A stretch of DNA of 63,762 bases, filler included, from Lenisia limosa (GCA_001655205.1; 13 parts of 13 records of this genome joined end to end with filler, not necessarily neighbours in it), one strand, 5' to 3'; shown: positions 1-13,521, numbered from the whole stretch's first letter. Program-made: numbers and translations. The notes: generated by a model not told the origin, from the letters alone.

Positions 1-69
1 TTTTTTTTCTTCTCTTCTTCCTCAGTTCCTGTTTTTCAATAAGCCTTACTGTCATTTTTCACATTGTAG

Positions 70-3000
70 GCTATTTTATCAAGTGCCCTCAGCAGCCTAC
101 ATGGGTCATGGGATGCTGAGACTTCCCTTGTGTGTCTCTCAGGACTTCAAGAAGTTGCCCCACATTTAGTAAATTCCGAATTCCTGTACGCTTTCAAATA
201 TTATTTGATGCCCCTTTACTAATACCCAGGCTTGTGTGGCTCTGTGAAAACGTTCTCAATTTTACAAACAAGTCAAGTCCTCCTCCACCAGTTGTTGCAA
301 ATGAAGTGGGCTTTGGAAATGTGTTTGGCATTACCCTACCCCTATTGCATTTCACTTTTTTTTTTTNNNNNNNNNNNNNNNNNNNNNNNNNNNNNNNNNN
401 NNNNNNNNNNNNNNNNNNNNNNNNNNNNNNNNNNNNNNNNNNNNNNNNNNNNNNNNNNNNNNNNNNNNNNNNNNNNNNNNNNNNNNNNNNNNNNNNNNNN
501 NNNNNNNNNNNNCACCCCTTAGTGTTATATAACGGTCACAATAGTCTTCACATCCAGTTCACCATCATTCTTTGACACCCTTAGCAATGAACAGGGTTGG
601 TGGGTGCATTTCATGCTTCATATATCGAATATAATCATAGCTGTGTATACTACATGACAATAAAGCCTGAACCCTTGATTTGAATTGCTAATTATGACCA
701 CATGAATCCGTAACCGACAGCAGAGACACCAAGTCTTCGACCAAGCTGGGCGTCCCTAACCTCTTTCGCTGCCCTTCTCGTCTCCTGCCTGTCCCCGCCT
801 GAAGACCCTCTCAGAAAAGAACTCCGAACTACTGTGAGCTTTAACAGCGCACCAGCCTCTTAGAATACTTTTTGAACTACTGACGTCACCATTTAGTCGG
901 CCAATTGCCTCTATGAACTTGAAATCTGGCGACCGGGTCTGTTAAAGAACCATGGTATTCAGAGGGTTTGGAAGGATATAGTGGAATAGACTTGCTTTGA
1001 AAAAACTAAAAAACCTGACCATACTTCAGGAAGCGACCTTCTATCCCTGGCCTTTTTGGATCATTCTCTGGCGAAGCCTGTCCTCTTGCTCCTTGCCTCC
1101 ACGATCGCAAGAGCTGACATTCTTATACAGGTTATTTATGGATTGTGCTGAAGTACAGTGGAATGAAGTTCGCAGTTTCTCATTATTTAGAAATCTGGTA
1201 CTGCACAAGAAGATGACACGCTTCTCTCAGCCCCCTTAAACCCTCCTTCACAGTCTCTCCCAGCCCCACTCTCACCACCATCCTTTTCGGACCAGTCTCT
1301 TGCCACTCGCGAAAACACTGATGATAAATCCTTACTTTTGAGGTGGGGGGGGGGGGCNNNNNNNNNNNNNNNNNNNNNNNNNNNNNNNNNNNNNNNNNNN
1401 NNNNNNNNNNNNNNNNNNNNNNNNNNNNNNNNNNNNNNNNNNATGCAGATACAACTTATCAGCAGTATCGAATAATTCAGACTCTCCTTTTTTGTTTATT
1501 ACACACACCGCATGCACTTCATCAAACTATTTCCTTGGTTTATCAATTAGCCTCCTCCTTTTATTGCCACAGGTGGCACCTCAGATTGGCTAGTGCTGTG
1601 ACCTCAAGTATTCTCCAGCCCTGCCCTATTTTCACAGCCTTCCTCATGGCTGCTACCCACGTGTTTGCCCCTCCCTCCTGGTATGTTCTTTGGTGTGTAT
1701 GTGTTTTTTTATATATGATATGATAAATCATTGTACACAAATACCATGTGCTCGGATTTGTAAGGCAAACATCAATATTTGGTGAAAGCAATGTTGTGGA
1801 CGTCTTTGACAAGATATTTTAAGTGGACTTCTGAAAAAAACAGCTGTTTACGTGGTAGTCACCTTTGTAGGGATCTCAGCTCTGTACCTGCGGTTCTGTC
1901 ATCGTCATCATCGCCTTCCTATGCTCATTTGGCTGGTGTGTAGGGTATCGATTTTTACCAAAGAGCATTTAGATTTTGAGGTTTTTGGCAACCTATGTAA
2001 ATTTCGGAGATTTTTTTTAGTATATTGTTTTTTTTTTCCTGCTCTCAGAAAAAATAAGTAAAGCCATCCACTCTCGTGATTGTTACGTTTTTGATTACAT
2101 TGACCTTCCAGTCTGTTTGGCAAAGACCCATAGCAGCACTATTCGCCGAATTAGTTTGAGTCATCTATCGCTCCCCCATACCATCTCTTCTTACGGGGAG
2201 ATGTCACAGGCCTGGGCAGCTCGCTGGCGTGCTGGTAAGTTCCCGAGAACAGAGGAAAATGGATAATACTGTTGTCTTGAACTCTCCATTTGGATCACTT
2301 TTTTTTTTATTTCAATTCTTGTTCATTGGCTCAGGTGTTCCATGGGCCCGGTCGAACGTGCCATCCTTATGCTCTCACCCTTATGATCCCGAGAATTTAC
2401 AGGTATGGTGACTCTTTATTCTTAACGATAGGTTTAAAGTAACCTTGGATTCTTTACCACTACAACTTGTCTCTTGTGCATTATACATGTACGTATAACC
2501 TTAAACCACCCCACCATCTCCTAACTGTATAGGTTATCAATACATGCATGATGTTGAAGGCCTCTGCGCAAGGACTGCCTTTCCCCTTAACCCTGTTGAC
2601 TCAGCTCATACACGGAAACTTGGTCTGCTTAATTGGACTGTTGACTATTTTTTTTGGATTTATGAACAAATGTGTTGAATTTCAAAATGATACTTCCCTT
2701 TTTCCACTTATACGACAGACCCACTCCTCTCTTCTTTCTGCCTACAGCATTGCTCTGGTTTACCCTATTCTGAGATTATGGCCAGCTGACTCTCTGGTAT
2801 GCTCCGGTCAAGATTTCCAGTTCATTTTTAATATCACAACTCAGAACAATAACAGATATCATGCAAAATTCCCCATTTTCCTCTCTCTCTCTCTTGATTT
2901 TGTTCTCAAGAACTTGCTTCAAGCAGGTATATTCTCTTCTTGACACCTCAGGCTTTCTTAATCACCGTCCTGAACAAATACCCCAACCATCGCCATCTGG

Positions 3001-5727
3001 TAGCTGATGTGCTTTCTCTTCTTTGGCCCGAAGCAGCCGACAGTTCAATTGGCCCCCTGCCTAGAACTGCAGCACAAGGCGCGGCTTTCCTTCCAAAGAA
3101 AGATGTTTGAAAGGAATTTTCGTTTTCAGCTTCATTTGATGCTGTTCTTCTTTTGACTGAACCAGGCGCTTTCGATGATCTGCAAGTCCATACTCCAGGA
3201 TAGGAATGACGGGTCAGGTCTTCCGCATTTGGAGGCGTTCAACTCGGTTACGCTTCTTCCGTCGCTTTTCTCAATTCAGTTAGAGGGCCCACCTAGTGGA
3301 TATTCCCTAACCGTAAACCTTTTTCTTTCTTTTTGTGAACCGATGAGTAATACACAAGCACAATGCCCTTGACCCATTAGAACTGCTGAGGTTGCGGAGT
3401 TAGTTCAATTAATTGCCTCGAATGTGATCAGACCGGATCTCCCCCCAATTGACTTCCACGTCATCATTGATGCCTGTTGGGGGGGGGGGTATCCCAAGTA
3501 ATGCTGCCACCAAATTTGCTATTTACATGATCTGACCCGGTAGTGGAGGCTTTAGCTCTTGCCCGGCCCGACTTAAGCCATTTGGTTTCGTCAACCGGAA
3601 AACTAGTCCTCCGAGCCCTTCCGGCACGTGACGTTGAGGCCCGAGCAGCCTTCCTGGTCAGAGCAAATGACTTTGCAGCTCCAGCTGAGGTTAGGAGGTT
3701 AATTTTTAAACACCGTGTGGGGCCATTTGCTTGATTTGTAATCTCTTTAGCTTGACCAAGTGATCCGAGGATCCTCCAAGCTTCCGAGCCATCTCCAACA
3801 GCCGTTTATGGGTACTGCGGCTGCGCAACTGACAGGCTCGGATGAGTCGTTTCTTTCACCGCTTTCACAAAGAACCAAGGCCCCAACTGTCTTTGAGCAG
3901 GTTTGAGGGGGCAGGGGGTGGTGAGACCACAACTAAACGCCACCGAGAAACCAAGAGCGATAAATATTCAACTTTCCTAACATCATCTGGATTCTACCAT
4001 TCGTGTCCCATGACACGTCAGTTTTTGGTACTTTGGGTTTACCCACATAGTCAACTTCGTCCTTATCGTTATCTTTGGACCGCCAAGCAGCGATAGAGGT
4101 CCAATGGAGCGGTAGAGAGTTTAATGAAGACTCGAGTGAATCTATTGGAGAGGTGTGCTATTTTACCGACTGCGTTGCCCATATCCACTGTCTTATTTGC
4201 TGAACTACATAGCCAATATCCTCTATCGTATTTGTTGGTATTGTCCCATCCGTTCGTTATTTTTTTTCCATTTGCTATTTTGGTGGAAGAGTAGATATTT
4301 TGTGATGAACTATTTGCCACACATATTTTTTTATTTCCTAAAGGAGGTTGAGGAGCCACTTTCTCCCAAGTCAGTCCCAGCAATCTTACCAATCTCAATA
4401 TATCTCGACAAACCCAATGAGGTAGGCTTGAGGGGGGTGAGGTGATCAATGGAAAGTGAAATTGCTGATTACCAACTCCGTTTTATTTCATTTCCCGTTT
4501 CTACGCATATCATATATCATATGCAGTTGGTAGTTCACAATTTCTTTCTTTTTACCCCGCCAGGGACTTATTGCAGCCGAGTTCTTCATGTCAGAAGTTG
4601 GGACTCTCCCCTCTTCCTCCTGTGCCATTATCCCCAAGCTTGTTCCTGACGTTAATTATAAACGTCGAATCGAAATCATACCATCTCATGAGGTATGGGC
4701 GTCAGGTTTTTCCTTACTTCATTAATTGCCATATTTGTTTTCCTGTACAAATCGTTGTCTGTCCGAACACAAGGTTATGAAGCAAATAGGTTTCTGACAA
4801 CCACTCTCGATATTGAAGAGATAATGTGGATTAGGGCTTTACCATTGATATTGTGCTTCACTTCGGATGACATTTCAGGGACCTCTGGTTGTCTCTGGCT
4901 TCCTGATGGCAACCGCTCCCTCCGGCGCACCCAAAGTTGTTCGACTACCTCAGATCAAACTCACATTACAACACGTTGTCCGCCCGCTTGTTGCCACCAA
5001 GTGTCAGTACAGCGGCATCTGGAACCACTCATCAATGTTGGAGGGATGTGTTGCTGTTCATCTCCCATTTTTCTCTGTGATTTGTTTCACATATGCTCAT
5101 GTCACTCTCACCCATTCTCAGGTTGTCGTCATACTCATGCTTGTCCCCAAACCACCAGGCATTTGAAAATCTGAACGCCCATCTTTGTTTTGGTATGTGA
5201 AAGGGATTTGTTAATTTTCTACCATCTTATCCTTATTTTTATTTTTGTCCAGAAAAATTTCACGCATACATTTCACTGTTTTAGAGTCTGACGTTGTGGA
5301 CATGGGGCCTTCAGACTGGTGAGTTCCCCTAGGGTTTCCCCAGATAGATGGGATTAGTATTCAAAAATTCCTTGGAACAAAAAAGAACTTATTTTACATA
5401 TCTTGTATCTTAACGATTCAGGGCAAATTGGCAGCAAGCGGCCTTTCATCTCTCTGTTTCCGACCAACAAGCCTCGGGACCCCTCATCGACAACAGTCCA
5501 AACGACACCCCTCCGGCCACTTTCCATATCCGGCATCTGGCGTGTGCCTTGCCCCCACGGGGTGTGGTGCTGCTCAATGTCAAGGTTGGGAGCGCAAAAA
5601 TGAGTATATCCACCGCAGTATATCCTTATGCTTCGATACTGCTTCGGCTTATTTGTTACCGTTGCCTTACTTCCTTACAACTTACCTGCTTCCCTTCAGC
5701 GGACGTCTCAGACTTGCACACATTTGA
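70..5727 (+). CDS. RICTOR: Rictor/Avo3/Pianissimo-like TORC2 subunit (multi-exon, 5'-partial; 3' end approximate)
   Basis: About 25 GT-AG exons read by hand give an alpha-helical protein. Exon ~3544-3690, EALALARPDLSHLVSSTGKLVLRAL, resembles the Rictor motif LISMKPALSHLGDKGLLLLLRFL, and SLSVRTQG (~4752) resembles Rictor VLSIRGT. The overall length fits. Comparison is from memory; no search was run. Confidence 0.5.
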
Positions 5728-5930
5728 CGGTTTAGGATCATGGCACTTTCTTAGGGGTGGATATGAGGGCCAGTTCTGCTGATGCGCTGTCACTCTTTGC
5801 CCAGACGTTTTTATCCACTAATTAAGTTTGCTGGTTTCCTGGGGTAATTTATTTGTTCAAATGGTCCAGAAGTACTCTAATTTGATACATAAAACGGAAA
5901 CAGGGTGTCAAAATTAGTCAAACTAAGAAG

Positions 5931-8770
5931 TCACCATGAAGAATGCGTGATGCTTGTGGCCACCGAAGTTTTGAAGGGGGTGTGCGGCGCGTATCTGAAC
6001 GGTGTATCTGCCCAGGCCCTGAGGGGAAGGTGATAATGAATGGTGGTGATAAGGGGTTGGGAGGAGTGGGGGGGGGGGGNNNNNNNNNNNNNNNNNNNNN
6101 NNNNNNNNNNNNNNNNNNNNNNNNNNNNNNNNNNNNNNNNCATAAGCGAAAAAGCAGAATTTTTGAATTGGGATTAACTTGATATTTGGACTCATTCCTA
6201 CGCAAGGTTGTTGTGAAGAACACCTCGTCGATTGGTGAATGCCAAGAACGACGCCTTTCCTAAGCAGTAAGGCTTTTGAAACAATGTGAAGAAGTTAGCA
6301 TACCTCCTTCGTGGTATTCACCAACACCCGAATGACCATGCCCTCCAAACGGCAGAGAGCCACAGGCAAATTGCAAAAGAACCTGTGGTTGCAGGATAAG
6401 AAATTGAAGATACTAGTCCATGTTAATAGGAAAAGTCTTCCCTTCATCCAGCTGTGGCCAAATGCCTACATCATTCACACCCATTGTTCCAGACGGCCTG
6501 GCTTCAGCGATGTGTTTGACAACCTAATGGTGATTTTGCTTCAGAACAACAAAAATTCACTAGCTTTGCCAATTTGTACCATTCCACATTTGTCTCAATA
6601 TTACAGGCCAAATACTGTCTTGCACATACTGATTGATTGTTTGAGAAAATGTAGAGAGCAAGCGGGCTTGGCTTATCTTGGAGATAGTAGCCTGTGAAGT
6701 GAGACAGCGGGTACCTACATGCTTCTTTGTAGGAATCAACGTGGATGACAGGGAGAAGAGGACCAAAAATCTCCTCCCCCATGCACAATGAGTGTTCTTT
6801 GTCAATATAAGTCAAGATCGTCTATAAAAGTAATCTGACGCATAAATCAGCCTACTGGTGCAACGTATTTTGACTCGACGTCAACCGTGCCTCCAAACTC
6901 GACTTTGATGGTTGGATCATGGATCATCTTCCCAAGGCGCTCGGTTTGGGCTTTGTTGATGATTCTGGCAAGATCTAAAGACTCCTGAGGGTCTTTCCCA
7001 AACATTTCAGTGATAGATTCTTTCAATTTGACAATGAACTCACTCACAACTGCCCTCTAGACAATAAGGGCACATCTGCTTACATGACAGTAAACATGGT
7101 CGGGTGCAAGGCAGGTTTGTCCAGCATTATACATTTTGCCCCAGATTATTCTAAATCACATCACAAGAATGTGGAACCTGCCTTTTTGCAGCTGTTTTCA
7201 AATCAACATCCTTGTCAACGTAGACAGGATTTTTCCCACCTGAAAATTAGAAATACTGAGTACGCAAACCAAGTTCCAACGTGACGCTTGTCAAATGCCT
7301 GGCTGCAGCCCTGTATACTTCTCGCCCGACTGTCTACTTATGTGACACAACGATCCTCCAGTATAATATACAACTGATACGATTTCACCATTCCCCTTAC
7401 CACACTGCCTGTAAAAAAGATATGATCCCATCGTGGTGTCAGCAAAGCCTAACAAGTTAATCATAGAATACAAGGATGTTTTTTTTAGGAAAACCACAAA
7501 AGCAATTGCCGTAAACCAATTTAGATGTGAAATGACACTTCTCCAACTTTGATGATTTCTCTCCCTCCTCTTGCGTCGATTGTAATACAATAAGGATCCA
7601 AGTTATCCAAAAGTAATCTAAAAAAGTAATATATATGATTAATACTCAGTCAATCCTTCACCAAACTCCCAAACACCTACCTTTTTAGTAAATCCGCCGT
7701 ATTTGCAGCGTATGGAGACAGTTTCAGAAAAATGGTACATCCAGCGGAAATGGCTGCGATGAGAGGAGCCATAGAGAGGTTAAAAGGCTGGCGTTATATT
7801 TAATACGTCCTACATAGTTCCAAGGAGCCATAATCAAAACTGCTCCCTTAGGATCGTTTCTAACATATGCTGCAGATGGCTGAAGTGCCAGGGGGACATA
7901 TTTCTATTAATTATCAAAGAAGTATTGCGAACAAGATCAATGGAAAAATATTGGATTCATGTCATACCTTTTCAGGCTGGTACCACAAAGGGAGATTTTG
8001 GATTGTTTCATTCTAATGAGTGAGCAAAACTAACGCGAATTGTAGGTTTCTGCAAGCCTCGCTTACAAGTAGCACTTTGATGAGGTTTATTTCAGATAAC
8101 GTAATTTCAAAAGCCCTTGCTTTACCAAGATCCTTTTGTATAGCCTAGGTTAATATAAAAATGCACTTCTGTGATTTCCACTTCATTTTCATTTATCAGT
8201 ACTCTAATTCGCTTCAGCTGACTTAGTCGCCACTCCAACGGCTTCGTCTACACAACAGTTAACAAATTCTTTCATTATTGTTGTACCCTGTGGATATTGA
8301 AATTGTGTCTCAAACAATAACATGCTTCATCAGCCGATTCTGTTGTGACTTCAGGAGGTAATTTAGCATGGCTCACCTAAAATATGAGACAAGGCCTTAA
8401 TATATATTATTCCCACCAGGTGGTATTTGTCTTTGACATCTTCTTGGTCTGGATTCGGCATCAGAGATGGCGGCAAACTTACAGCTGTTGTTTGACAATC
8501 AACATCTTGAGAGATTTGGGGGGAACCCTCCACCAAATGGTACTTGAAAGTAAGACCTATTGGTCTTTTGAGACGTATCGATTTAATCAACACCCTCATA
8601 CTGCAGGAGGGGTTTCTGGAGGGTCCGGTAGGCTAACCACGCTCTGAAGCCAGGGATGTTTGACGGATTCTTCCGATTGTAAACTAAGTGATGAATCTTG
8701 GGGAACATGGTTTTGTTGTTGGGAATATCAATAAGTAAAAAGCTATCCAGACTTTGTGTACTCTATAATC
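5931..8770 (-). CDS. ALDH3: Class-3 (fatty) aldehyde dehydrogenase, multi-exon, with an N-terminal extension; start codon uncertain
   Basis: Spliced exons give DPKGAVLIMAPWNY-PFNL, WDHIFFTGS, VTLELGGKNP, RIIWGKMYNAGQTCLAPDH (catalytic Cys), EEIFGPLLP, KPSPLALYIFS, LPFGGHGHSGVG and FRYAP, followed by TGA at 5931-5933. Confidence 0.93.
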
Positions 8771-9537
8771 GATTTGCCAAGTTGTGAAAAAACAGGGGTC
8801 TATGTATGGGCTACGGGACTCTTTATTATGGGATAGCATATCTTTATCATTTGTAAGAATATGGCAGTGGTAATTACATTATTGCATTGTTATCCCAGTT
8901 ACCTTCCTTTTCTAACTATCAATGGAGGTGGCGATATTGCCATTGCCATTTGATCTGTCGGGGGGTAGAAAATGGTTCTCCTAACAGGAGGATTCAATTT
9001 TTTGTTGATTTGCTTTGAAATTGCGGGTTGAAGTGATCCTGTAGTGATCCAAATTTTTTCAACTACAATTTTTGGGCGCCGCAAATAAATGTCGAAACTT
9101 GCCAAATGCGTCAGTTTTTGGACAGGAGGGTTGTACCGTAGGGTGATGTGGTTCGGATAGGAAATAATCAATATAACTCGGTATTATGGCATATTTTTAG
9201 TTTATGGGATTGTATATAAAATTTGAAAAGGAATGTGATTGCCAATTGGTTTTGAAATGGAATTGAGAAGATGACTGAAATGTAATCAATGTAATGTAAT
9301 GGGTGAAAGTTGTTTTAACGATTTGTTTGAGAAAAGCAACAACCATATCAAGAAAGAAAACTTGAGTAAGTTGCAAGAAGTTACCTGAGGGACTTTCATT
9401 GTTAAATAGTGTCGGCGACTGACGAAAATCTCAATTTGAAAAACCTTCCATATTTGGTAAGTTTTGCCGCTTTTGCCGACCTGTACAAGTTTCAATTGTA
9501 AATTTTACCAAGTTGCTGCATATTTGGTAGTCTAATA

Positions 9538-12183
9538 ATGCCAAAACACGGAAAGAAGTCCCAGAGGACTCCTCCGAGACCATGGACACAAGCAGAAATT
9601 GAGAAGTTCTCGCAAGGTTTGCAGTTTCAGGCCCAGTGGCTTTGAAGTGGCTTCTCTCTATGGCCTTATTTTCTATTTTCTTGCAAAATTTGCTCCTTTT
9701 ATGTGTGGTTTCCCTTTCACTAAATTGTAATTTAGTGAACGCCCATCTTCCGAGGGGACTGTGGTTTTTCTTGTAGTTTTGCCTGATATTGTTAATACAG
9801 GTTAAATATTTTTTCATTCAGTGTTGTTTAGAGACAGGCTCTGGGCTTCCTTTTTTGTGAAGATTGAACTTGGTCTATATTTCTTAATTTTACCATTTTT
9901 AGGAATTGAGAAGTATGGCTATGGACAATGGTCGAAGATTTCAATCTTTATGGGGTCTCGCACTCCAATCCAAGGTGGGAAGTCATATTCTTTCCACTCT
10001 ATCCTTAATTTTGAATCACATAATTGATTAAACGTCTCTTGAGCATCCATTTTTCATTTAGTCCATTTCCCCCGTATGTTTCAGCCGTCTCTTTTTATTG
10101 GTGTGTATCTGATGGTTTAGTTCGCGCTCATGGGAGGCGGGTGTTTCATACCGACTCAAAGCGGCCAAATAGCAGATCTTCTGTGTTTGCGGGTGTGGTT
10201 CTCGATGACAATCGGAGATCATCCGAACTTGCTTTTAAAAAGGGGATGTTTGCGGTATTGTGTAATCCTAAGTCAATGATTTCACTTCTTTGATAAAATA
10301 GGAACGTTGCTGGTTACTTAAAGAACTTGGGCTCCCATGAAATCATGAAAATGACAAGGAGGAAGGAGTCACGAGGCCGTCCGCGAAAACACAGAAACGA
10401 GTCACCCCAGACACTCACGTCCCCTTCACCTGTCATTTCAACCGGGCGGAACATTTCACAAGCTTCAAACCTCATGCTCCCAAGTTCAGCCGTTCCTCTG
10501 AGCCCCCAGCTACCATCAATGTCATCACCAATGTCGCTGGTATCCCCCAACCTGGCCCCTCTCTTTGGCGACTTTTGGAACTCGCCAATTGAACACTTAT
10601 CCCCTGCGTTCAGTTTCAGCCCTTTAGGACCTGGGAAAAAAGACGCATTTGGCCAGTCCAAATCTGCATCCCTTGATAGCACCTCCGATAATGCAATGCA
10701 ACAGGTTGGTATTTTGGATGAAAGGTCCTTTGTGCGTACAAATGACCATAATAGGGATTAGAAAATATTGTGTACCAAAATGAAACTTTCTCATGACTTT
10801 TCAGCTCAAAATGAAACTTTATCATGACTTTTCAGCTCCACTCCTTTGGATTCCCTAGCCCCGCATTCCGCCCAACCCTTGAAACCTCCCTCCTCAACTC
10901 CCCGTCTATCAACGGCATGATGGCCCTCGCAAGCCCTACTTTCAAACTTCTTGAGTTATCATCGCCGCCCAAGTCCCCCCTTGATCCTTCTGCCACTACT
11001 TCCGCCACTGTCGCTGACATGGCTATATCTGCTTCCACAATTCCTTCGAAGCCATTGGAGCAACTAGACCAAATTCTGACTCCCACCTTCCCCGCCTTTC
11101 TCCCCCCAACTCCCCCACTTGGTGCCGAGAAAATTCCACAATTGTTCCCCGGGTCACACCTTTCCCCACTTATTGCAAACAGTGGTGCTGTGTCGCCTTG
11201 GACGTCTGTTGTTTTGGCCCAGCTTTGTGTGGCCTTCAATATCCAAAATCGTTAGTGGGGCTACTTCATGCTGATAGTGTACTTTTACTGTTGCCCCGCC
11301 CCCACCTAATTGTCTTTTTCTACTATTAGAGTGAATACCATAATCTACAACAAAACAACAGGAGAAATCGCAATATCGTTTATCAGAGTAGCATTCTCAT
11401 CTCAATGAGTTTCTCATCCACTCAGACGTTCTACAGCTTCTGGGAGACCCAAAGTTCTTCACTGAGGAGGTTCTTTGGCGAGGTGTTTCAAGTGCTATTA
11501 GTAGGCGGACGAGGGTTACTTCGTTTGTGCAACGCCAGTAGTCATAAAAAAGCAATCTATTGAATTCCTATTTCCAACCCCAATTGATCTCCCATAATTG
11601 ACCATCATAATTGACCTGCAGACTTCATGGCGTCGGACTGTAGGGCCCAATGGATGGAGTACATTTTGCCAAGAGTGGACGACAACGGTAGCTATGGAGG
11701 TTTTCTTGACTGTTTTATTAATCAAGATTATCATCTCAATAAAGACTGACACTGCGCAACAATATGACAGTGTAGCATGGACCCGCGAGGAGGACAGCTG
11801 GCTTGTGACAACTCTGCAGTCAACTGCTTTTGACTATCATAAGGCCAGTTCGGCTGTAAAGTTCAAGCATGCTCGTGAGCTCGAAGAAAAGGGAAAATTT
11901 TATCGCCCTTAGATCTTAGAATTTTGAATACAATCGGTTTGCATATTTTTGACCCGTTTAGCTGAGTCCTGCTGCTTCCGATATTGGAGCCGCCTATGGA
12001 CTCCACCACCAACCCAAGTAGGAGTATTTTTGTTTTGCATTATGACAATGATAGGTGAGTGCCTCAATGAAATCTGAAAATCAGGCGCGCATGCGCTCGG
12101 AAACATCATCATTTGCTTCCCTCCCAAATTCCCCCATCATCACCCCCGCTGATCTTATCCACGTTCCGCCTATTCATCTTTAG
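9538..12183 (+). CDS. Myb/SANT transcription factor with an N-terminal SHAQKYF-like Myb domain, an AT-hook, an S/P-rich middle and C-terminal Myb-like repeats
   Basis: ATG 9538 MPKHGKKSQRTPPRPWTQAEIEKFSQ, intron 9617-9902, then GIEKYGYGQWSKISIFMGSRTPIQ and VRAHGRRVF. Also SRGRPRK (~10370), DCRAQWMEYILP, WTREEDSWL and ESCCFRYW, with TAG at 12181-12183. The junction near 10255-10302 is unresolved. Confidence 0.75.
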
Positions 12184-12458
12184 TGTTATCTGAGTTTATT
12201 GTTTTATGTTGTCTAGCCTCTATCCCTCTATGTATTTTTATTATGGAATCTTCGGGAGATATCTCTTTTTCCTTCATCTCTCTTAGCCCCATTGAATTCT
12301 CTGTGGGTTCAGAAGAACATAGCCATCCGGGAGTTATTTGCGGAGACGGCGATCGGGGGTCAACTAGGAGTGTAAAATACTGTTCAAGATTGATAGGGTG
12401 AAGATTTGTTACATTATTGTGAAGAACTGAGCCATAGGGTTACTGAGCATTATTCCCC

Positions 12459-12986
12459 TCACAGCAGTATCGACAAATTGGGGGAGCTTTCCCTTTTTGA
12501 CCTTGTATCCTGAAGACTTCGCGAGGGACTTTTTAAGGTCAAACTAAATAGTAAGCAGACAGAATAATTCCTATGAATGGCGTTGATTTATTGTCACAGT
12601 TCAACCCCACAGGCTTTTGTTTCATAATTTTTCCAATTATAACCCCCCCCCCTGAATTGGACAGAACTGACCTTAGTAGTAGCCTTGATGGACTTGACAG
12701 GATCCTTGGTGGTGACCTTAGGCTGGGGAACCTGGGAGAGGTGTGGTCATATTTTTCACATACATCACTGCAAGAAGATTGATTTTGCTTGTTTATACAT
12801 GTATGCATATAAATAAAAGATGGAATTACTATTTTCCCTGAGCATATTACCTTGGAAGGGCGACCAACGGGTTTCTTAATCTGGGGAACAACCTTAGCAG
12901 GCCGGCCACGGGGACGGGGCGGTGATACCTTCTTTGGAAGTGCAGATTTCTTAGGCTATTGAGTCAGTCGAACGCATGGTTGCCAA
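12459..12986 (-). CDS. Lys/Pro-rich AT-hook (HMGA/H1-like) DNA-binding protein, 5'-truncated by the contig end
   Basis: Exon PKKSALPKKVSPPRPRGRPAKVVPQIKKPVGRPSK contains two GRP cores. It is followed by exons VPQPKVTTKDPVKSIKATTK and FDLKKSLAKSSGYKVKKGK with in-phase GT-AG junctions. Confidence 0.6.
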
Positions 12987-13087
12987 ANNNNNNNNNNNNN
13001 NNNNNNNNNNNNNNNNNNNNNNNNNNNNNNNTTAATTAATTAANNNNNNNNNNNNNNNNNNNNNNNNNNNNNNNNNNNNNNNNNNNN
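12987..13087. other. Artificial contig linker (first of 12)
   Basis: N44-TTAATTAATTAA-N44 gives stops in all six frames. The core is at 13032, 16032, 18264, 34729, 39974, 43418, 45926, 49137, 52860, 58320, 60436 and 62182. Confidence 0.97.
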
Positions 13088-13521
13088 CAAAACAGTGAAA
13101 TCCTACCTGTCAGCTACATCGCTGCGCAATGTATTCAAGACTTAATAGATGAAAATTAGTGCTTTCATAAAATGGCCTTATTTTTAACCCTTTTCGAACA
13201 AAGTTGATAGACTACGGAGGGGAAATGTAACAGGAAGAGAAGAGATCTAAAGGTGTGAGGCTTTTCCCGTCTCTCAGCTAATCAGTCCTTTCTTAGCGAG
13301 TGTAAACAGAGAAGAGGTGAGTGGAGCAGTAAACACAAACAGCAAAATTAGTCAAAAGCTGTTCATTATACAAAATTTTGGACCAGGACTTGCCATAAAG
13401 AAGCGAAAAAAACATTTTCAAGCGATGTTGAAAAGAATCACAGTTGAGATTCTTTTTCAATATGTGTAGTTAGTCTTTTGTCGTAGAAAAGTCGGGTTGA
13501 AGTCTCTTCACTTCTGCCGGC

